A DNA stretch of 32,000 nt from Longivirga aurantiaca (GTDB taxonomy: Bacteria > Actinomycetota > Actinomycetes > S36-B12 > CAIYMF01), in assembly GCF_042660085.1 (NCBI RefSeq), contig NZ_JBHSTI010000002.1, positions 210,001 through 242,000 of the forward strand, in the 5' to 3' direction. The translations under genes and the position numbers were made by a program. Shown here one piece after another: positions 24,785 to 32,000 of this stretch (positions are counted from its first letter, which is position 1; each line of letters opens with the position of its first letter). The notes under the pieces were generated by a model that made no database searches, was not told where the DNA came from, and saw only the letters and a list, made by a program, of their open reading frames with translations.

Positions 24785-26103
24785 GCGCCCGCGCCCTCCG
24801 CGGCGTCGACGTGGGCACGACCGACCTGCTCGATGACGTCGGCGCCACGACGCAGCCCGTCCCGGAGACGCACGGCCGCGCCGACCGCCGCGACCCGTGC
24901 CTGCAGGCTCGGGTCGAGGACGGTCGCGAGCGCGGCGTCCATCTCCTCGTCGGTGAAGGTGTACGTCGCCAGCCGCACACCGAAGCCGGTCTCGTCCATG
25001 CGCTGCGCGTTGTCGTACTGGTCCCAGAACAGGGGGAGCAGGATCATCGGCTTGCCGAAGTGGACGGCCTCAGTGGTGGTGTTGTTGCCACCGTGGGTGA
25101 TGACCGCGTCCACCTGCGGGATGAGCGTGGTCTGGGGCAGGAACTCCGCGCCGACCATGTTGTCGGCCAGCTCGTAGTCGGCGTGCTGCGGTCCCTTGCT
25201 CACGATGTAGCGGTGCGGCGTGCGCCCGAGGACGTCCACGAGGCGCTTCATGAGGTCGACGTCGGCGCTGCCGAGCGAGCCGAGCGACAGGTAGATGAGC
25301 GCGCTGCCCTCGGGCCGGTCGCGGACGATCTCGGGCAGCTCGTACTGGACGTCGGTCTCCCGGACGCTGGAGTCCATCCGGTGCCAGGTCGGGCCGAGCG
25401 GCCGGGCGTCGGTGTAGTCGGCCTCCTCCGGGAACACGTAGAGGTTGGCGACCTCGGACTCGTGGATGAACTCGAGGTCGGGCAGCGCGGGCGCGCCCTG
25501 CTCGACGACCCAGGCGTTGAACGTCTCCCACATCGGTCGGTGCGTGCGGTCGTACTCCGCGAGGAACGAGGCCCACTCGCTGCGGTCGTCTGCGGGGAGG
25601 CCGGAGTACGCGGGAGCGATGCCCTCGCCCTTCACCTCGAGCGGGTTGCACGACACGATGCGCACGAACGGGACGCCGGCCGTGACGAGCGCGGGGAAGG
25701 CGATGACGTTGTCCTCGACGATGACGTCCGGCTGCACGCGCTCGATGATCGCCTTGAGCTGAGGCTCGCAGTAGAGGGCGCCGTCGATCAGCGCCTGCCA
25801 GGTCGGTGCCATGAACGTCTCGAGCTGCTCGACGGTGGGCTTGCGGAACTCCGGTGCCGTGTCGCGGATGAAGTCCTTCCAGAACTGTCCGGCGTCCTGG
25901 TCCTCGGCTCCCTCGGCCGGCGGCGAGAGGTCGACGAGGTCCTCGCCGAATCCGAGAGCCTCGAGCTTTCCCCTCCACGAGGCCTCGGCCGCGAAGACGA
26001 CGCGGTGGCCGCGCTTGGCGAGGACGTCGCCGATCCCGACGCACTGGTTGGTCGGGCCGTAGGCAGACTCTGGCATGAACAGGATGGTTAGCGGTCGGCC
26101 CAT
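24781..26103 (-). CDS. UGT/MGT-like glycosyltransferase (GT1 fold)
   Basis: LTILFMPESAYGPTNQCVGIGDVLAKRGHRVVF at N-terminus; ALIYLSLGSLGS and ITHGGNNTTTEAVHFGKPMILLPLFWDQYDNAQRMDETGFGVRL. Confidence 0.85.
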   Translation of the reverse strand: MGRPLTILFMPESAYGPTNQCVGIGDVLAKRGHRVVFAAEASWRGKLEALGFGEDLVDLSPPAEGAEDQDAGQFWKDFIRDTAPEFRKPTVEQLETFMAPTWQALIDGALYCEPQLKAIIERVQPDVIVEDNVIAFPALVTAGVPFVRIVSCNPLEVKGEGIAPAYSGLPADDRSEWASFLAEYDRTHRPMWETFNAWVVEQGAPALPDLEFIHESEVANLYVFPEEADYTDARPLGPTWHRMDSSVRETDVQYELPEIVRDRPEGSALIYLSLGSLGSADVDLMKRLVDVLGRTPHRYIVSKGPQHADYELADNMVGAEFLPQTTLIPQVDAVITHGGNNTTTEAVHFGKPMILLPLFWDQYDNAQRMDETGFGVRLATYTFTDEEMDAALATVLDPSLQARVAAVGAAVRLRDGLRRGADVIEQVGRAHVDAAEGAGA

Positions 26104-26145
26104 CGGGTCTCTTCCTCGCTCGTCGGTGGTGGGGAGGGACGTCGG

Positions 26146-26760
26146 TCAGGTCTCGTCGACGGGCAGAGGATGGCCCGTGGCAAGTCGTGCGTAGTCGAGG
26201 ATCAGCCGGGTGGCTGTGCCGTGGTCGATGCTGGAATGCCGGGCCATCATGCGGTAGCCGTAGGCGTCCTCGAGCGACACGAGATTGCGCCCGATGGTCA
26301 GCGAGCTGTCGGCGAGGTGGAAGGCGCCCTGCGCGGCGCCGGACTCGAGGATCACCTGGTACATCGCGACCTGACGGTCGTAGAGCGAGGTGAGGAGCGC
26401 GGCGTACACGGTGTTGCGCGCCGCCGCGCCGCCCAGCTCGCACAGGAGCCGCACGTCGGGGTCGTCGCTGTCCACGGGCAGGCCCGACGCGATGGTGACC
26501 ACGAGCTTGCGGGCCGGGTCGTCGATGCCCTCCACCGCGCGCATGCGGTAGTCGTGGAACCGCTCCATGCCCGCGCGGTTGGCGTCGAGGAGCAGGTCCT
26601 GCAGGTCGGGGTAGTGGTAGAGCACCGCGCCGGATGTGAGACCGGCCTGCTCGGCCACCTGGTTGAGGCGGACGGACGTGCCGTGCTCGAGCATCGCGCG
26701 CCGCGCGGCCTCCACGAGGTCTGCACGGCGCTCGGTGCGCGGCTTGGGTCTCGTCGCCAC
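26146..26760 (-). CDS. TetR-family transcriptional regulator
   Basis: RRADLVEAARRAMLEHGTSVRLNQVAEQAGLTSGAVLYHYPDLQDLLLDA. Confidence 0.92.
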   Translation of the reverse strand: MATRPKPRTERRADLVEAARRAMLEHGTSVRLNQVAEQAGLTSGAVLYHYPDLQDLLLDANRAGMERFHDYRMRAVEGIDDPARKLVVTIASGLPVDSDDPDVRLLCELGGAAARNTVYAALLTSLYDRQVAMYQVILESGAAQGAFHLADSSLTIGRNLVSLEDAYGYRMMARHSSIDHGTATRLILDYARLATGHPLPVDET

Positions 26761-26835
26761 GTCTCACCTCCTCCGGTCGCCGCACAGTACCGGGCGATCC
26801 GGCCTGCGAGAAGACTCCACCGCGCATGTTTCGGT

Positions 26836-26851
26836 TTGAATCCGGATTCAA
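26836..26851. promoter_or_regulatory. 16-bp perfect palindrome TTGAATCCGGATTCAA, candidate TetR operator
   Basis: Read directly; between tetR and the divergent potD-like gene. Confidence 0.7.
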
Positions 26852-26999
26852 CGATTCGGTAAACCTCGTGTTACGCCAACGGCTCTGACCCTTGCGCCGC
26901 TCTGAGTCCCAGTGCAACACTCCGCCCCACGCCGGGCTACGCCGGCGCCGAGCAGCACCGGGGGTGTGCGCTCGACAGGACCCGACCGGGAGCTTGCAC

Positions 27000-28133
27000 A
27001 TGCGACGTACTGCACGCACGAACCGCCGCACCGCGTGGCTGGCCACCGGGGCTGCCGCCTCCATGCTCGTCCTGTCCGCCTGCGCGAGCAGCGGCGGTGA
27101 CGGCGGTGGGGCGAGCGCGCTCCCGAGCGACAGTCTCGACGCCAACGCCGATCTCAAGGCGCAGTCCCTCGTGGTCTCCAACTGGGAGGCCTATATGCCC
27201 GAGGACCTGCCGACGAAGTTCGAGTCGGCGGTCGGGCCCAAGGTGACGGTCACGAACCACGCCACCAACGAGGAGATCATGGCCAAGCTCACCGCGGGCG
27301 GTGACTCGGGCATCGACGTCGCGTTCGTCTCGGGCCAGTTCGCGCAGGCTCTCGCCGAGCAGGGCCTGGTGGAGCCGATCCACGCCGACCTGATCCCGAA
27401 CCTCGCAAACCTCTACCCCGAAGCGTCTCAGCTCTCCTACGACAAGGGCAACAAGTACTCGGTCCCCTACTCGTGGGGAACCACGGGCATCTGCTACCGC
27501 AGCGACCTCGTCGCGACCGCCCCGACGAGCTGGGGCGACATCCTGAACCCGGCCCCGGACGTCACCGGCAAGACCACGGCGCTGGCGACCGAGCGCTGGC
27601 TGATGCTCCCTGCGCAGAAGCTGCTCGGCTACTCGGCGAACACCACCAACCCCGACGAGATGGCGAAGGTCAAGGAGCAGCTGCTCAAGACCAAGCCGAC
27701 GCTCCTGGCCTACGACGACACGACCTTCTACTCGCGCCTGGTCTCGGGCGAGGCGTCGATGGTCGTGGCGTGGGACGGCTGGTGCAACTACGGCATCGCC
27801 GAGAACAAGGACATCAAGTTCGTCGTGCCCAAGGAGGGCAGCGACCTCTGGGCCGACACGATGGTGGTCCTCAAGACGTCGAAGAACAAGGAGGCGGCAC
27901 ACGCCTTCATCAACTACGTCCTCGATGCCGACAACGGCGCCTGGGTGATCGACAACATCCTCTACAAGGTGCCGAGCAAGGCTGCCATGGACAAGGCCGC
28001 CGGTGCGCTCGTCGCCGACTACCCCAACATGGGCATGACCCCGGCCGAGCTGCTCAAGGGCGAGAGCCTGGTCGACCTGGGTGAGTTCGGTCCGGAGTAC
28101 ACGAAGATCGCGACCGAGGTGACCGCGGGCTGA
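27000..28133 (+). CDS. potD: Polyamine-type ABC transporter substrate-binding lipoprotein
   Basis: Lipobox LSAC; LVVSNWEAYMPEDLPTKFESAVGPKVTV, YSVPYSWGTTGICYRSDLV. Confidence 0.87.
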   Translation: MRRTARTNRRTAWLATGAAASMLVLSACASSGGDGGGASALPSDSLDANADLKAQSLVVSNWEAYMPEDLPTKFESAVGPKVTVTNHATNEEIMAKLTAGGDSGIDVAFVSGQFAQALAEQGLVEPIHADLIPNLANLYPEASQLSYDKGNKYSVPYSWGTTGICYRSDLVATAPTSWGDILNPAPDVTGKTTALATERWLMLPAQKLLGYSANTTNPDEMAKVKEQLLKTKPTLLAYDDTTFYSRLVSGEASMVVAWDGWCNYGIAENKDIKFVVPKEGSDLWADTMVVLKTSKNKEAAHAFINYVLDADNGAWVIDNILYKVPSKAAMDKAAGALVADYPNMGMTPAELLKGESLVDLGEFGPEYTKIATEVTAG

Positions 28134-29023
28134 TGGCCTCGACGACCACTCGCCGGGGGCGGGGCTCGCGCCTCGCCTCCGGCGAGCGGCTCGTGCTCAC
28201 CGGGCCCGGGCTGCTCTACCTCACCGTCTTCATGGCGGTCCCGCTGCTGCTCGTGCTGGTCTACGCGTTCTTCCAGCGCGGCCGGTTCGGCGGGGTCGTG
28301 TGGCGGTTCTCGTTCGACAACTTCGTGCGCGCCCTCGACCAGGTCTACGTGTCGGTCCTCGGCAGCTCGCTCGTCATCGCCGGGGTCACCACCCTCCTGG
28401 CACTGCTGCTCGGCTATCCGGTGGCGTACGGCATCGCCAAACTGCCGCGCAGCTGGCGCACGGTGGCCCTCGTGCTCGTCGTCCTGCCGTTCTGGACGAA
28501 CTTCCTCATCCGCACGTACGCGTGGATCGTCCTGCTCAACTCCGAGGGACCGCTCAACAAGGGACTCATCGGCATCGGGCTGATCGACGAGCCGCTCGGC
28601 CTGCTGTACACGCCGGGGGCGGTGGTGGCCGGCCTGCTCTACGCCTACCTGCCGCTCATGATCCTTCCGCTCTACGCGTCGGTGGAACGTCTGGACCCGC
28701 AGCTGCGCGAGGCCGCAGCCAATCTGGGCGCCACGCCCTGGCGGACCTTCCGAGACGTGACGCTCCCGCTCACCCTGCCCGGCGTCATCACCGGCTGCCT
28801 CTTCGTCTTCGTGCCGAGCCTCGGCAACTTCGTCGTGCCGGAGCTGCTCGGCGGGGGCAAGACGGTGATGGTCGGCAACCTCATCCGCGACCAGTTCCTG
28901 AAGGCGCGCGACTGGCCGTTCGGTGCCACGCTCGCGCTCGTCGTCATCGCCTTCCTCGTCGTGCTCTTCGTCCTGCAGTCGTGGGTGTCCCGTCGCGTCG
29001 CGGGGGGTGCCCGCGATGCGTAG
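28133..29023 (+). CDS. potB: ABC transporter permease (PotB-like)
   Basis: NFLIRTYAWIVLLNSEGPLN, EAAANLGATPWRTFRDVTLPLTLPGVITGC EAA loop. Confidence 0.9.
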   Translation: MASTTTRRGRGSRLASGERLVLTGPGLLYLTVFMAVPLLLVLVYAFFQRGRFGGVVWRFSFDNFVRALDQVYVSVLGSSLVIAGVTTLLALLLGYPVAYGIAKLPRSWRTVALVLVVLPFWTNFLIRTYAWIVLLNSEGPLNKGLIGIGLIDEPLGLLYTPGAVVAGLLYAYLPLMILPLYASVERLDPQLREAAANLGATPWRTFRDVTLPLTLPGVITGCLFVFVPSLGNFVVPELLGGGKTVMVGNLIRDQFLKARDWPFGATLALVVIAFLVVLFVLQSWVSRRVAGGARDA

Positions 29024-29786
29024 TCTCGGCTGGCTCCGGCTGCCGCTCGTCGTGACGTACGTCTTCCTCTACCTGCCGATCCTCGTGCTGGTGGTGCTGT
29101 CGTTCAACGCGTCCAAGCAGCCGTTCTCGTGGGGCGGGTTCAGCACGAAGTGGTACGCCGAGCTCGCCGGCAACGCCGACGTGCTGCAGGGTCTCGGCAA
29201 CACGCTGATCGTGGCTCTGGGGGCGACGGTGCTGTCGACGATCCTCGGCACCTTGCTCGCGGTGGGCCTGCATAGGCACTCGCGGTCCAGCCTTCTCGAC
29301 GCGTACGCGCTGGTACCGGCGATCCTGCCGGACCTCGTCCTCGGCATCGGCCTCCTCGCGTTCTTCACGCTGGTCTCGATGACGCTCGGCCTGTGGTCGG
29401 TGCTGCTCGCCCATGTCGTGTTCGGCATGGCGTTCGTGACCGCCGTCGTGCGGGCCCGGCTCTCCCAGGTGGATCCCTCGCTCGAGGAGGCGTCGCGCGA
29501 CCTCGGGGCCGGGCAGGTGTCGACGTTCTTCCGCATCACCGTCCCGGGCCTGATGCCCGCGATCGTGGCCGGCGCCCTGCTCGTGTTCACGCTGTCGCTC
29601 GACGAGTTCGTCATCGCCTTCTTCACCAACGGGCCCAGCTCGCCGACGCTGCCGATCGTCATCTACTCCATGGTGCGGTTCGGCGTGACACCGGAGATCA
29701 ACGCCCTCGCCAGCATCCTCATGCTCGTCAGCTTCACCGCCGTCATCAGCGTGCAGCGGCTGACCCGACCCACGGACACCGTATGA
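29016..29786 (+). CDS. potC: ABC transporter permease (PotC-like)
   Basis: [79 protein letters not shown]. Confidence 0.9.
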   Translation: MRSLGWLRLPLVVTYVFLYLPILVLVVLSFNASKQPFSWGGFSTKWYAELAGNADVLQGLGNTLIVALGATVLSTILGTLLAVGLHRHSRSSLLDAYALVPAILPDLVLGIGLLAFFTLVSMTLGLWSVLLAHVVFGMAFVTAVVRARLSQVDPSLEEASRDLGAGQVSTFFRITVPGLMPAIVAGALLVFTLSLDEFVIAFFTNGPSSPTLPIVIYSMVRFGVTPEINALASILMLVSFTAVISVQRLTRPTDTV

Positions 29787-30832
29787 ACGCGACCAGCCCC
29801 CTCGTCAGCATCCGCGGCGTCTCGCGCGCGTTCGGCGACGTCGTCGCGCTCGACGACGTCAGCCTCGACATCCAGGAGAACGAGTTCTTCGCGCTGCTCG
29901 GCCCGTCCGGCTGCGGCAAGACCACGCTGCTGCGCGTGATCGCCGGGTTCGAGCAACCCGACTCGGGCGCCGTCCTCCTGTCGGGCGACGACCTGCTCGG
30001 GCTGCCGCCGCACCGACGTCCGGTGAACCTCATGTTCCAGTCGTACGCGTTGTTCCCCCACATGTCGGTGGAGAAGAACATCGCGTACGGCCTCGAGCGC
30101 GAGGGTCTTCCGAAGGAAGAGATCCGCACGAGGGTCGCCGAGGTGCTCACCACGGTGGGGCTCTCCGACCTCGCGCGCCGGAGGCCGAACCAGCTCTCGG
30201 GCGGCCAGCGCCAGCGCGTGGCGCTCGCCCGCGCGATCGTCAAGCGTCCGCGGCTGCTCCTGCTCGACGAGCCTCTCTCGGCCCTCGACCGCAAGGTGCG
30301 CGCCGAGATGCAGCTCGAGCTCAAGCGTCTCCAGCACGAGGTCGGCATCACCTTCGTGGTCGTCACCCATGACCAGGAGGAGGCGATGTCGATGGCCGAC
30401 CGCATCGCGGTGATGGGTTCCGGCCGCGTGCAGCAGGTCGACTCGCCCATCGACCTCTATCAGCGGCCCGCCACGCGCTTCGTCGCGGACTTCATCGGCA
30501 CCAGCAACCAGTTCACCGGCACCGCCGCCGAAGGCGGCGTGCTCGTCAACGGCGTCGTGCTCCCGGGCCAGCCCACGGGAGGGGCGCCCACCGGTGCGGC
30601 CGTGCTCGTGGTCCGCCCCGAGGACACGCGCCTGGTCGACGAGGCGTCGGCGTACGTCAGCGGCACGGTCGTCGACACGCAGTTCTACGGCGGCGTCTCG
30701 ACCGTGGCCGTCGAGGTGCCCGGCCACGGTGCCCCCGTGCTGCACACTCGGCCGGGCGCACCCGAGGCTGATCGCGGTGCCGTGGTCCATATCTCCTGGG
30801 ACGCGGCCAAGGCCGTCGTGCTCGCGGGCTGA
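29783..30832 (+). CDS. potA: ABC transporter ATP-binding protein (PotA-like)
   Basis: [55 protein letters not shown]; TOBE-like C-terminus; ATGA overlap. Confidence 0.94.
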   Translation: MNATSPLVSIRGVSRAFGDVVALDDVSLDIQENEFFALLGPSGCGKTTLLRVIAGFEQPDSGAVLLSGDDLLGLPPHRRPVNLMFQSYALFPHMSVEKNIAYGLEREGLPKEEIRTRVAEVLTTVGLSDLARRRPNQLSGGQRQRVALARAIVKRPRLLLLDEPLSALDRKVRAEMQLELKRLQHEVGITFVVVTHDQEEAMSMADRIAVMGSGRVQQVDSPIDLYQRPATRFVADFIGTSNQFTGTAAEGGVLVNGVVLPGQPTGGAPTGAAVLVVRPEDTRLVDEASAYVSGTVVDTQFYGGVSTVAVEVPGHGAPVLHTRPGAPEADRGAVVHISWDAAKAVVLAG

Positions 30833-30844
30833 GGGGCTGCGCCC

Positions 30845-32000
30845 GTGACCCTCGCCTCGTCGTCCGCGCTGGTGGACCCCGCACTCCGTGACGCGGAGCA
30901 CCGGGTCTTCTGGACGGACCGCCCGGATGCGCCTCCGGCGGCGCCGCCGCTCGCCAGTCGGGTGCGCACCGACCTGCTCGTGATCGGCGGCGGTCTCACC
31001 GGGCTGTGGACCGCGATCGAGGCGCTGCGCCGCGACCCGTCGCGCGACGTGATGCTGCTCGAGGCCGACGTCGTCGGGTCCGGGGCTTCGGGCCGCAACG
31101 GCGGCTTCATCTCCGAGTCGCTGACGCACGGCATCGCGCACGGCAACGAGACCTGGCCGTCCGAGATGCCCGAGCTGCTGCGGCTCGGTCGCGAGAACCT
31201 CGCGGAGATCGCGGACTTCGTCGCTGCGGAGGGGATCGACGCGCAGCTGCGGCTCCGGGGCAAGTCGCTCATCGCAGTCACGCCCCACCAGCTGGCCGGC
31301 CTCGCCTCCGCCCACCGGCAGCACCAGGCGGCCGGTGAGGACTCCGAGCTCCTCGATGCCGAGGCTGCGCGTACCGACGTCGACTCGCCGACGTACCTCG
31401 GTGCGCTGCGGGTGCGGACCGGCGGCGGCACGCTCGACCCCGCGGCCCTGTGCTGGGGCTTGCGCTGCGCTGCCCTCGCACGCGGCGCACGTCTGCACGA
31501 GCACTCACCGGTGACCGGGATCGCGGCAACGGCAAGCGGTGTCGAGGTGACGACGGCGAGCGGCTCGGTGCAGGCCCAGCGGGTGGTGCTCGGCACCAAC
31601 GCCTTCCCGCCGCTGCTCCGCCGGCTGCGCAGCTGGATCCTGCCGGTGTACGACCACGTGCTCGTCACCGAGCCGCTCACGCCGTCGCAGCGCGCGTCGA
31701 TCGGATGGCGCGAGGAGCAGGGGCTCACCGACGCCGGCAACCAGTTCCACTACTACCGGATCACGCCCGACGGCCGGATCCTGTGGGGCGGATACGACGC
31801 GATCTACCACTTCGCCGGTCGTGGCCCGGCCTCGGTGGAGGCGCGCGAGCAGTCGTTCCGCACGCTCGCGACGCACTTCCTCGACACGTTTCCCCAGCTC
31901 GAAGGACTCCGTTTCACCCATCGGTGGTTCGGTGCGATCGACACGACGTCGCGCTTCACGCCGCTCTTCGGCACGGCGATGGGTGGGCACGTCGCGTACT
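30845..32000 (+). CDS. FAD-dependent amine oxidoreductase (PuuB/DAO-like), truncated by window end
   Basis: GTG at 30845 opens a frame to the edge: TDLLVIGGGLTGLWTAIEALRRDPSRDVMLLEADVVGSGASGRNGGFISESLTHG... FGTAMGGHVAY. Missing from the ORF track because it is incomplete. Confidence 0.85.
   Translation, partial: MTLASSSALVDPALRDAEHRVFWTDRPDAPPAAPPLASRVRTDLLVIGGGLTGLWTAIEALRRDPSRDVMLLEADVVGSGASGRNGGFISESLTHGIAHGNETWPSEMPELLRLGRENLAEIADFVAAEGIDAQLRLRGKSLIAVTPHQLAGLASAHRQHQAAGEDSELLDAEAARTDVDSPTYLGALRVRTGGGTLDPAALCWGLRCAALARGARLHEHSPVTGIAATASGVEVTTASGSVQAQRVVLGTNAFPPLLRRLRSWILPVYDHVLVTEPLTPSQRASIGWREEQGLTDAGNQFHYYRITPDGRILWGGYDAIYHFAGRGPASVEAREQSFRTLATHFLDTFPQLEGLRFTHRWFGAIDTTSRFTPLFGTAMGGHVAY

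Noticed and set aside
26780-26853. Possible tRNA: TTCGG-TTTGAAT-CCGGA resembles a T-arm
   Set aside because: The required 5' acceptor complement CGTTGAA is missing at the expected distance, and no D- or anticodon arm is visible. The perfect palindrome explains the match.
25070-27181. 703-codon minus-strand ORF across GT and TetR
   Set aside because: Shadow frame of two genes with good family signatures; Arg/Pro-rich composition typical of +1/+2 frames.
29663-31504. 613-codon minus-strand ORF antisense to potA and the FAD oxidoreductase
   Set aside because: Antisense shadow of conserved genes; His/Glu/Arg/Val-rich composition expected from complementing high-GC codons.
1-32000. CRISPR arrays, prophage, transposons, toxin-antitoxin or anti-phage defence systems
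   Set aside because: No short regularly spaced repeats, transposase/integrase motifs or recognisable defence proteins were seen. Gene content looks chromosomal; a dedicated search was not possible.

Overview
High-GC actinobacterial chromosome window carrying about 23 protein-coding genes in ordinary chromosomal arrangement. I found no CRISPR array, rRNA, convincing tRNA or transposase. Left to right: truncated lipoprotein start (-); geranylgeranyl-reductase/MenJ-like FAD oxidoreductase (+); PEP mutase/isocitrate-lyase-family enzyme (+) preceded by a duplicated ~35-bp intergenic element and followed by an orphan coding-like fragment; Kup potassium transporter (-); DUF5302-type small protein (+); glucose-6-phosphate dehydrogenase zwf (+); questin-oxidase-like protein (-) divergent from SoxR (+); a four-gene translationally coupled glycan-type module (GT2, membrane GT, methyltransferase-like, LPG-synthase-like membrane protein); pirin; PAS/GAF/HD-GYP protein; MarR divergent from an MMPL exporter; 4-coumarate-CoA-ligase-like enzyme; double PQ-loop membrane protein; ornithine aminotransferase rocD; a short ORF with a strong SD before a shared terminator; SIS protein, maltokinase/glucosamine-kinase-like kinase, UGT-like glycosyltransferase and TetR on the minus strand; divergent potD-B-C-A polyamine-type ABC transporter and a puuB-like FAD oxidoreductase running off the window. 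Most distinctive signals: (1) a MerR/SoxR-type promoter (TTGACC-19 bp-TGTCAT around TCAAGTggACTTGA) whose predicted +1 falls on the A of the ATG of a questin-oxidase-like gene; (2) a kinase + SIS + glycosyltransferase operon next to an amine-type importer and oxidase, sharing a 16-bp perfect palindrome; (3) an orphan 12-codon ORF with a 7-nt perfect SD followed by a ~190-nt apparently non-coding region and a 16-bp terminator stem; (4) a duplicated intergenic element. All family assignments are from reading the protein sequences, not from database searches.
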